64,000 nucleotides of DNA. Source: Cystobasidiomycetes sp. EMM_F5. Taxonomy: Eukaryota. The first letter of the stretch is position 1. Each line of letters opens with the position of its first letter. The notes under the pieces were generated by a model. The model was not told where the DNA came from and searched no databases. It saw only the letters and a list, made by a program, of their open reading frames with translations. Below, piece after piece: positions 11,460 to 22,791 of this stretch. The stretch covers positions 62,001-126,000 of the forward strand of contig JBPGPT010000009.1 in assembly GCA_051047955.1 (NCBI GenBank). The letters are read 5' to 3'. A program made the translations under genes and the position numbers.

Positions 11460-11895
11460 ATGACGATTAAATGTAGCCTGCCACAAAACGTTGTCGCCCA
11501 TACGCTGCCATAGAGGCGCTTTCTGTCGATAATGTCCTCGTCAATCGCTGGAGCTGGGGCATCGGCTTCCGAAAGCTTTTCGCGGAATGGGGTCTGACAA
11601 GAACGCTCGCAGGGGACATTGTTTACGCAACGAAGCCATGAACGACTCATACGTTCGTCCAGCTGACATGAACGTGGTCCACTGGCAGAAGCTTCTGGAG
11701 ACTGGAATTGACGTGATTATTGCACACAACTACGATCTAGTCAAGCCGTTCTTCACTTTATTTATGCAACCCGGAATGGCTTCCGAGTTGCGAGCGGCCG
11801 AGGAAGTATTTGATGAGATGACCCATCCATGCACGCTTCCCATGGTGGATCGGGAGCCCGTGCTTGGATCAGTTGGCGGGCGTTGGGATGAATGA
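11460..11895 (+). pseudogene. Degenerate third copy of the same family
   Basis: ATG 11460 MTIKCSLPQNVVAH / frameshift ~11501 / AAIEALSVDNVLVNRWSWGIGFRKLFAEWGLTRTL / large deletion plus frameshift / NEAMNDSYVRPADMNVVHWQKLLETGIDVIIAHNYDLVKPFF...EVFDEMTHP. This aligns to both the N- and C-terminal parts of copies 1 and 2. Confidence 0.8.
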
Positions 11896-12213
11896 CACGG
11901 CGTCGTGACTGGCCGCGAAAGCGAAGCATAGGAGGACGTTGTTCACATTGAAATGTGTTTGAACGAGCAGAATAAGGCCTGAAGGAATGTGGCGCGCGCC
12001 GCTGCGTCCACTGCCGGGTTCGCTGTCGTCGAGTCCTGTTCCTAAATCAAAGATTTGCGCTTAGTTGTGACAGCAAGTGGATCTCGCACGTATCAGCCAA
12101 CAAAACGCCATACTCTGTTTGTCAGGACGCGTTGAAACATCAAGCTATCCCCGTCGTAAAGTTTGCACTTTGCTTTATGCTTGACATACGAAGACAACGG
12201 ATGTTCCTTATTC

Positions 12214-15102
12214 CTACCCCTGAACCGGAACCGGCGGTAGGGGATCTTCCTTGTTTCGCTGTTGACTAGGGTGTCCGTTTTGTGATTGCTGTGCAAAAGT
12301 GTCATAATTGCTGCTCTTCTCGGCCGCAAGACGAGCATACGCCAAGCGATGGAACGTGTTCAGTGATTGGAGAAATTTGGCACCGGTCTGGATACGCGCA
12401 AGCATTGATGCTCATCAGTAATCAGACATTGATTCCGGCTGGTAGTGTGTACTCACGGGATGTGCATTCAGTGAATTTAGTATATCAACAGTCGTAGATC
12501 GGACGGCAGGCACGGGATGAAATAAACCGAACGAGATGGGCAAGACTCCGCCGCTTTGCAGTGGGAGCTGAGCCAGAAGCTGCAGCATGACTTTGTTTAA
12601 GCGGTTGCGCCTCGTACAGAACAGGTATAACTTACTTCTAAGACCTGACCATCTGTACTGATCGACTCGCTCAACAACTGCAGAATGGCGCTGGTCTCCG
12701 CAGTTGACAAGCGTTTCCCGAAACGTAACTTCGCAACCTGATGGCTGATGTCTGTACCGGATGACCGAAATTGATGTTGAGCGATCCAGTCTGCCTTGTA
12801 CGCCTCGTAGCTTGTTGTTCGTCTCCAGCTTTCGATACGCGTAGCGCTGCTCGCAAGTTCTCTGCGTAGCTCATCACTCGTCGTACTATGAAACGCTGGT
12901 CCGGAACCCAGTCGTCCATTGCTGAATGGTATCGTAGTGTAATCTATCGACGTAAAACCGATACTTTCTTCCTCGTATCGCGATGCGAGTCGGAGAAACC
13001 GCCTGACGTACTCGCTAATGCGGGCACGTACGGCATTCTCGCCATAGTGAGCGTGGATCGTAAGGAGAATCTCGTCCATAAAGGCATTATCAGGGAAATC
13101 TAAGCGGCTTTCGATCTTGCCGCTATGCGCAGTCGGTTGGTGTATTGATGGGACTCGACCAATGTCGCTATCTATCATCGAGTTGTTTAGACTCGAAAGA
13201 CCGCTGCCATGTGCACCGAACGGCATGGTGCCTGACACAGCTGACGATGGCTCATGAGAGTCGGTCGATGCTGCTGACACTCCTGATGAAGCAGACAGCG
13301 AAAGGTGAGAGGCATTCGACGCAGCTGCGCTGCTCCCTCCGCCTACTCCATCACGACCAGGTTGCGTTATGTCCTTGGAGACTGTGATACGTCCAGTCTC
13401 AATATTGCACAAGACATCCCAGGTCGGTGTCAGATCTTCAAAGCGGGGATTAGTCACGCCCGCAATGTATCCCGGTCTGGCATATTCATAGACTCGCTCA
13501 GCATTTTCCGCAAAGTCGGGCAATTGAAAATCACGCACATTGATAAATGGTTTTCCATATTTGTAAGATTGGAGTACGGGAAGCAGCGCTCAATGATGGT
13601 TGTTCCAAAGAATTGCCCACCGCCCGAAGCGAGTGCAGCAGCGGAGAGTACGAAATTTGCGACTTGACTAGCAGGCTGATGAGCGCCTCCGAGGAAAAGA
13701 ACGCGCTTGCCAGTAATGATGGAATTGAAGAGGACAATGATGGGCGGTGTGAGATTGCCGTTTGTGTGAAGCTGAGGATGCAAAGGCCCAACTGTACTGG
13801 AATAGTTTGAGAATGTTTGTATGAGCGTGATCAGGGAATACTGATAACGCAGGTAGAGTAAGCAGCCTGTCAGCGACGACCATCAAAGCTCAGACAGTGC
13901 AACTTACGTCTCCGACTTCTGCCGGAAAAGTCGACAGTGGTATCCGAATGGGCATGCTGATACTATCGTTGTATGTAACTACAGTGTCGTAAAAGTGTGT
14001 ATCGCGCAGGACCTTGCTGACGTTGCGCATGTTCAAGCTGGAAGCCACCGAAACTGCCGATCCCTTGCGTTCCATTCGAACAGAGTCGTACACGTTTGGT
14101 AAAAACTGGCTAGTGACGGAAGCATTGCTCGACACGCGTGATCTCGAGTAGCTACTTTCGCTCTGGCTGTACTGGTCAGGTGTAGCTCGCGCGACTTGAA
14201 CCTGGACAGGTGTCATACTTCTACGAGTGGGGTGGTAGTAGCCAGACACTTCTTCGGCAGGAGTTACTCCACCTGATTCGGTAGGTGCGACAGACGTTGC
14301 CCCGGATTCGATACCGTACGAAGGGAATTTATGCTCAAAGAGATCCTTGCGATCAGAATATCTGAGGATGAGACGCTCATCGTTGGACATCTGAGGAGCT
14401 GATGCAATGTCTATGGCGTTGATGCAGTCATACAATCGCTTCAGTACCGCTGTGGTCGGGTCGTTGAAGTAGTCCTCCAGAGCTAGCAGGAGCACTGGCT
14501 GCAGTCAGAGAGAGACTGGCGTCAGGAAAGGTCAGACTGTGCACGATTTGCATAGGATGCACACCTTGAAGACTTGTATCCACGGATGCGGGGTACATAT
14601 TGCCAGAGCTTTGACCGCTGCGCCGCTGGACCGACGTGGAGTTGTGAGCTCACAGCGTGCAATACTACATTTACAATACACCCCACCGCTTGTATGCACT
14701 TCCGTGCCTCGTCCGGACCAGACTGATGGTGTAGAGTAGCGCGTTTGGGGCGCTGTTTCTCGACTTGAGCAATACTCCCGCTTCGCCGTCCGTGCCATCA
14801 CGCAGGGCAGACGTGGTCACTGTTGTCGCTGGGGTCTGATTGAGGAGAAAGACTGTCCAGTCTTCAGTGCGGAGGTGTGCGCCGTCCGGCAGCATGAGCT
14901 CAGCGAGGAGGCTACACAAACGAATTCAAGGCAGCGACAAAGCCAGACGCAGCTTCAGCCGGTACATTGTAAGTCGCAACGGACTGCCTCTGCCTTACTG
15001 GCCATTGCACCCCGTCGGAACGGGATACTCGTGTCGGAGCACGCTGCCCTCGTCAATGTCAAACTCTGCAACGAGCACAAACTCGCAGCTGCGTCGGGCC
15101 AT
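12214..15102 (-). CDS. AFI1: Afi1/MesA (Arf3-interacting, DENN-like docking plus SPA domain) polarity protein
   Basis: [119 protein letters not shown]; multiple introns. Confidence 0.88.
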
Positions 15103-15295
15103 GGGTCTAGAGCTGCGATATCAGCTGGTGTAGTCATGGGGCATCCCTGGCAGTGACTGCGGGCATGTTTGTGTATATTGCCAGCCAGCCAGCCATATTA
15201 TATCCGAATTGAACCATTTACACGCCAGCTAGCCTTGCCGACTACCACTATCATGACATGCAATGCTGCCCTTACAATAATGCTTCGCTGAGACC

Positions 15296-18200
15296 ATGCC
15301 TGACCCTGTAGCACCCCGTAAACGCGGAGCCTTGACGAGCAGCGCCGTCGCGAGTTCTGCGTCAACGTCGAGACCTGCCAGGCAGCCAGTCGAGAGGAAC
15401 GGCGTCGACGAGCTCGCTGACCGGCTGCAGAGTGCGACGCTGGGCGATGCAAGCAGGAAGCTGACGAGCACGACCATCCATGTCAGACCTGCGCGCTCCC
15501 TCAAGCCTGTGGTTGCAGTCACTGCCGCTGCAAGCCCCAAAGAGGCGATCGCGTCGGAATCGCTCGAAGCTGTAAACAAGGCAATTGCCAGCATCAACGG
15601 GACGCGCAATGCCGAAAGCGTACGCTTGAATGGCGTGTACAAGACTATTTCTCCGCATATCGACCGTCTCCGAACGCTTGGGGGGGTCATTGACGCTAGA
15701 AAGCGGCTCGAAGTCGAAAAGGCAGCTTTGATCTTGGTCGGCGCATGCAATGATGCTGGCTTGGCGAGTCGCGGTGTAACGTATTACCAGTGTGTTTTGC
15801 TGATGTCTCCTCTTCCAGTATGCTCTATCAGCGCAACAGCTTCGCAAAATCAGACTGAGCCTTTGCTGCTACTACGCTGAAACACCAGTAGACAGCGTCA
15901 GCGACCTAGGCGACAGGCTTGCTGCATTGTCGACGGATGATGCACCCTCGGTTGCATCAGAAGCCGCTTCGAGGACTGCTTCTCGGACAACGTCTGCAAA
16001 TTCCCGCTCAACATCGTCTGCGAAGCAGTCCGCCGGTACGGCAGAGAAGGACAATACCGATATCTGGGATAAAGATGCACTTGATCAGCTGGTCGAGCTA
16101 GTCCACTATCCAACGCCCTCGCCCAGCAACAGCGAGGATGTATACAATCTGGTTCTCATAGCCCAACACCATGCAATCTCTATGCTGCTTTCATTGCCAG
16201 TGTCTTCAGAGATGGCTAGCGAGCGCATCATCGCGGTACACCGTGCGCTGACGTCGCCGTCGTCCGGTAATGTGTCACCACTCGCCCTGTCTGCAGCAGC
16301 ACGCAGTCACTTAGACAACCGAAAGAAGCTGGACGGATCTATAGCAGCGATATATAGCCTACTGAACCGCAAACTCTCGGAACTCTCCACTCTAGACGCG
16401 ACTTCTGATGCTCTTTTCTGCATCTTTCAGCTACGCATCTATGCAATTGAATGTTTGCTGGAATTCGAAGCGCATTTCGCACAACCAGCACACTTCGCAA
16501 GCGCAGACGCAGCACCGGCAACAGAGGACAAAGCCATCGACACGTTCGCCGCCAGTGCGATGCGTGCGCTAAGCACGTATGCTAGATCGTTCCTCGCTTT
16601 GACCGGCTCGAATGGCAATGACTCGCTCGCCGAAAAGATTGCAAACGAAAATGTCAGGCTACTCAAGCGTGCCATGGATGTCGTAAGACCGCGAGAACGA
16701 CTATCTCGGAATAAGCAATTTTCAGCATTCCTTGATACTGTGAATAAGCTGGTGAAGCGGTCTAGAACGGGGTGCAAAGGACTTCAAGACGTCGTCACAC
16801 AACTATTGGCGGTTGAGCCTGCCTTTATCAGCTCCATCGAAGCGCCTACATTGAAAGAGTCGACATTGGACCCTCGACAAGTGGTAAGCGACATTGCCGC
16901 GCGATGCAATCGGCTTCTCGACGTATGCAGCGAGGTAGAGCGGTGGATCAAACACGGCGCATCGAACAGCGAGACAACTAATCAGTCTTCAGAGCAATAT
17001 GTCGACAAGTACCGCATCCAGATCGGCGAGCTAGCAACCTACCTTACTCGATTCACCATACCGTTGCCGGCAGAGTCTGCTTCTGCACTATCCAAAGCGG
17101 TGGAACGCATGCGATATCATCCAGAGCGCGCTTTGCGAACCGCGATGGATGACTCCACTGGACAGACTGCTGGATGTGCGATATCAAGTGCAAGCCTTGA
17201 AGGGCTTCTTTTGGCTCTTGCAAGCCTGGTACAATCTGCCAGTGCGCATAAATCCGAACAAATGGATATTCTGCTCGCAGGGATGGCGGATACATATTTT
17301 CTTCTGGCCAGACGCGCTCTGAAAGTTGAGGAGCCGCAAACGTACAAGATAGCGTACGGACACCTTGATCAGGTGTCCTCAACGCTAGATCTGTATAGTT
17401 CGCCTATTGCCAGACTAGAGACCGCGCGGTATCTCGCATCAAATGCGCACCATCTAGGCGTACGCCTTTATAATGAGCAGAAATTTGCAAACGCTATACC
17501 TTTCTTGCAGGCTTGTTGCAACGTGATGTCAAAGGTCATCTGGATCGAGGATGGCGAAAACGGGTTATCAGCAAGTCATATCAACGCTGCTCGCGTACAT
17601 TACAGCGACTTACTGAATCAGGCTGTTAAGCGATGGGAACTGCTCGGCTTGGCACATCATCACATACGAGAGTGGTCGGATGCAGCTTCATCCTTCGCCA
17701 GCGCCTTGCGGGCTGCTCACAGTCTTTCAATAGGCGTGGATGGTCCGACTGCAGATATTCTAGACAACGCATCTACAATCCGTAAGATCGTTGGCAGGTA
17801 TTGCCGTATTGTCACGTTCGAGCTCCTAGCAAAGCCTGAAGATTCTTCATTGAGTCTTGAGACGAATCGCTGGCCAGCCATTTCTACAGCGGCTAAAGCC
17901 AAACTATTGGAAATGCAAGCGAGATCCCTAGATAGCTGTTTGCACAAAGTTGAAGCTGTCACTGCCTCTGAGCATTGGCTTGGCGAGGCTCTTCTCGCGT
18001 TCCGCGAGTCCGGTGACACACATGGAGTCCTACGGTGAGCGCATACAACTACACGCCCGTCGCAAGCCGAAGCTTATGCCATGACATGCTTTAGAATACT
18101 GCTTCGGCAGATGGAGCTTTCCGCCACAATGTCAGGTTATCTTGACGCAAATGCACTCGCACAGTGTGCTGATCAAGTGCGCAAGGTGTACAATTCAGAT

Positions 18201-21200
18201 GTTCTCGCCGCATATGCTCCCTATTTAGCATTTGCTAGGGTTTTCGTTGCCTTGGACGCAATCAGGCGCAAAGTTCCAACCGCATCAAAGATGTTAGCGA
18301 AGGAAGCGAAGGAAGCCCTAGCCCTATTGCGCAATTGCGTTTCGTCTAGTGCAAAGTCAAGCTCGTCGCCACCCACTAAAGTCAAACAGGCTTCGAGCGC
18401 CATCTCTACCATACGGCCCAAAACTATTAGTCGGACTGTCAAGACTACGGCGGTAGTTGTGATGCATGGCAAGACAGCCACTAGAAAACCCTTGTCGCCC
18501 AAGGGGCCTACCAAAGCTCACGCAAATCGGCAGTCCCCCAGGGTTGTTACCCCTCCGAAGCGAGAGGCACTGTCCCCATGCAATGCCCAACGCCAACCTG
18601 CCTCCTCGAATTGCAAGCTCGCTGCTTGCGATTCAGATATCCTAGCGGGAAACATTTCCATCCTTGGTATGTTTGTAGATTTGTCAACAAAAGAGCGTAC
18701 GCAAGCTAAGATACTTCTAAAAAGTCACATTGGCCAGTCTTCTTGGGCTATTTGGGCACACATTCCTGAAAATTCAAGTCTTGCGACTGCTGCGGCAAGT
18801 CTGTCATGACACCTCCAACGATTGTAGGACCAACTTATCGCAGTGCTTGTCAGTATACTAACGATCCCAACAGGCTTCGTTGAAGTATCTGGCGACCTGA
18901 TGACCGAATACTCAGTACTCGGCAAGATGACCCGGGCGCATTCCGTACTCGCATCCACTCTGCCGAGATTGGCATCCCAGGAAGTGTGCAATCGTACGCG
19001 AGTTCTGTTTCTGTTGCGGCAAGTTGCCTTTTTGTCAATGTCGGGCCATAATGAGGCATCGTGAGGCATGTCTCTTACACAGCATGAATCTGCATTGACG
19101 CCCCCGATTTTGCTTAGGTTCGCTGCATACAATGAGGCTCTACGGGTCTCGAATCAAATGACACAAAATCTGCAGTCAGATGGTGCTGGTCACGAACGTA
19201 TAATTGCGCGGGCGCAGATTTTGTACTGTACCGCATTCGCTGCGCATGTTTACTCGATGATGGTATACCGGCTGGTAAGTGACTTGTGGCCTGGCAGCCG
19301 AGAACGGCTCAATTAAAAGCTCGCCGCAGGGAAGTGCAAGTCAGGCTCTGTCGGCGGCCTTACAAGCTGTGCGCGTTGCGAATCGTGCAATTGTCAGCTT
19401 GGCGAGATTGACTAATTCAGCAACGGATACCACCTGCTCGCCAAATGCGACGACGACGTCTGCGAACGCTGTCGAAGCACCGCAACCACGCAAAGTTCTC
19501 ACCTCAGGAGCAAGTACTCATACCCTGATCACCGATGTCACAACAGTCGGTTGTGTTATGTGCTTTTACAAGATGACACTAGCTGACCTGGATTCCCGCA
19601 GCTATTAAGCGAAGCTCTTTTGTGGACCGCGAATGTGTATACGACACGAGGGTCTATGAAACCTGCCTTGTACTTTCTACAACAAGCCAACGATCTTGCC
19701 AAGGCGATGAATACGCCTCGGCTGGAAGCTAAGATCGTAGGCCAGCAAGTGCACCTTGCCATGAGCACGGGCGAGTCAGCCGTGATGGAAGAAAGCTTCG
19801 AGCGCTTGCGAACGCTTGCAGCATCAGTAAGCCATCGCCGTCGTGCATAGTGCCCACCTCATCTGAGTGACTTATCGCAGGATGGCGGTCTTAGTACAAT
19901 ATATGTGACTCTAATCAAGGCTGAGAAAGCTAGTCTAGCAGCTATGCACGATGAGGCCACATCAAACTACTCAATGGCATCCCTCGCTGTTGACAAGCTC
20001 GATAAAACCTTTTTCGACAACGAAACGTCACAGTCAAGGTGGGAGAGCTATATGATCAATCAGGGTCCTTACTTTAGCTGACGTTGCCGAGTAGTCCGCC
20101 CCGGCTTCAGGTAGTCGCGAATAGCCCTGGTCGGAAGAAAGCGATGGTGGGAGACTTTATCCTCCCTACACTGCAAGCGGCAATACTCCAATCTCAAAGT
20201 GCGTCAATGGCCACACCTCTGCAATACAGAATACAGTTGACACTTATTGCTAGTCAAGCATATCATGACCGCACGCGTGGGGGTCGATATCGGCAATCTC
20301 CTTGTGAAACTCAAGACAGTCTTGACTTTACCTATGCAACAAAGTGTTGGCTCCGCTCTCGAAAGTAGAGTAAGATATATGCGGTTAGTGACCCAGATCC
20401 GCTGCGATCCCATATTGGGTTTGTTGAGCGAGACGGGTGAGGCTCTTTTTTTCCCTTCTGCCGTTTAAAATAATGACATCTCCACGTCGTGCAGCTGCCT
20501 CGGTCCCACCACTTACTGTCTCTGGCGTGGAGGCGGCGATGACTGCGGAGCAGAAAGATTTGATTGCTCAGCTTACGGAAATCCAGCTGCTCTACATCGG
20601 CGCAACGATGCAATATCCTGCTTGCTGGAGTCCTTCTGAGTGGCGCAGACTTAGCTTCACCATTGCTCAGCTCGAGATATGGCAAGCGATCCTTGGTCAT
20701 TCTGTACCCGGCTCGTCTGTCCGCGCCGCCCGCTTGATTGGTAGGCTCATCCTCAAGAGATAAATGAACTTCTCTGATTCTCTGAATTGTCCAGAGAGCG
20801 GAACTGCAATCACATTAAAGCGTGAGATGCGAGATGCCTCAGAGGTGAGATGTACAGGCGATGTTGCAAGGGACGATTTGCGTTGGCCAGTACAGCTTGT
20901 CTCTCCACTGGCAGCATCCGAAACTAGACCTAAAGGGCATTTGAACGACATTTGCGAGCGCTATACCGCGATTACAACAATGGGAAACCATGTACCTGTT
21001 TCTCCTTCTACCTATCTGCCTCCTGGTTGGATTGCAGTCTCCATCCATCTCACAGAAGATAAAACTAGTCTTACCCTCGTACGATATCAGAAGGATCGCG
21101 AGCCCAACGTACTCAGCCTTCCTCTGGATCGTCTCGGACTTCGCGACGCCGAGGACGAGCTGTTCGAATTCGAATGCGCGAAAGCCGAAATGGATGCAAT

Positions 21201-22614
21201 CATCACCGGAGCGAATGAGACGTGCAGTCGGGCGAAGGAATGTTCGACTGAAGAGTCAAGGAGGGTGTGGTGGAAGCAACGCAAAGCATTGGAGCTGCGT
21301 TTGGCGACGTTGTTGACGAATATCGAGCAGCGATGGTTTGGAGTGTTCAAGGTGGGAGCATTGATGCTCGATTGCTGAATATTCTGACCAATGCATACTG
21401 TAGCATTTCCTTTGTTCTGTGACACAGGCTGAGAAGCAGATGAGCGCAGCAGGCTCTGCTCGTATCGAGGAAGTCCTTCAGCGAAATCTTCTCGGTTATA
21501 AGCAACCAAATTCTGGGTCGATCCGACTAAACAGAGCCATGCTCGAAATTATTGCCTGTCTAGACAAGTCTTGCTCCGACGAAGACTTCGAGGATCTTTT
21601 GCATTATGTCGTCGATGCATACCAGTTCTGTGGTGCATATGTAGCATGGGATGAGATAGATCTTGATCAAGTAAGTTTGGCTTGGTCGAGATTCAAGCCA
21701 GTCTGTTGCTAAACAGCGCCGCAGGCCATCATCGATTTGCGATCGGTATTGGATGAAGAAGCAAGTGATCAAATGGCGGAAGTGCCTCATCTTGACGAGC
21801 ACCTTATCCTCGTACTTGATAGCCCCCTCCATAACTTCCCCTGGGAGTCTGTGCCTTTCCTCGCAAAGAGATCTATCAGTCGTCTCCCCGCTTTATCATT
21901 CCTTCAAGACCGTCTGGTTGTCAACGCGACGGCACAGTCAATGGACAGTACTTGCTCTAGCGCAGCTTCCCCTCGCGTGCACTACACCTTGGACCCGGGT
22001 GGTGATCTCAAACACACAAAGAACGAATTTGGAGCATGGCTGAAACAACACGGATGGTCGGGAAGTGTTGGAAGACCGCCGATGGAAGAGGAGCTCAAGC
22101 GTGCGCTCGTAAAAAATGACATACATTTGTGCGTGGCTTGCAGCGATTTCTGCTTGGAATTCACAGCTTAGTCTTCACGCAGGTATTTTGGTCATGGAGG
22201 CGCAGAACAATATATTCGACCTCAAACCGTCAGGCATCTACCAAAGTGTGCAACAACTCTCCTGTTGGGCTGTTCTTCCGGTTACCTGCCTGAAAGAGGA
22301 GAGTTTGAGGCAACAGGGACGCCGTGGACCTACATACTTGCAGGAGCGTAAGTCGCTTCACAAGTTTCACAAATTTGCATTCTGACGTCTAGTGCATCAG
22401 GCCGGCGGTTCTTGGGAATTTATGGGACGTCACAGACAAAGACATAGATCGCTTCGCTAAAGCGACGTTTGAAGAGTGGGGTTTGGGCACTGCTACGGAG
22501 AAGCTTGAGAAGACCTCCTTGTCAATGGCCGTCGCCCGTGCAAGAGGAAGTTGTCATCTTCGCTATCTGAATGGGGCCGCGCCCATCATTTGGGGCATTC
22601 CTGTATATTGCTGA
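15296..22614 (+). CDS. ESP1: Separase (peptidase C50), multi-exon
   Basis: Very long helical N-terminus; C-terminal WWKQRKALELRL...IEQRWFG, LILVLDSPLHNFPWESVP, YTLDPGGDL, catalytic YFGHGGAEQYI and LLLGCSSG, GNLWDVTDKDID, YLNGAAPIIWGIP. Confidence 0.96.
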
Positions 22615-22791
22615 TCTTATTCCCTAAACTACGAACATAGCATTTCAGTCTTTAAAGTCATTGATCAAGTACTTGAAGTCCAGCTAAATAGAAATAGCAG
22701 TACCCCATGTTGATGTATAGCACAAACCATAGCCATACTGCATTTTCAGCGTTGAGATCAAATATAAACTCGTATACTGGCCTAATTTATG

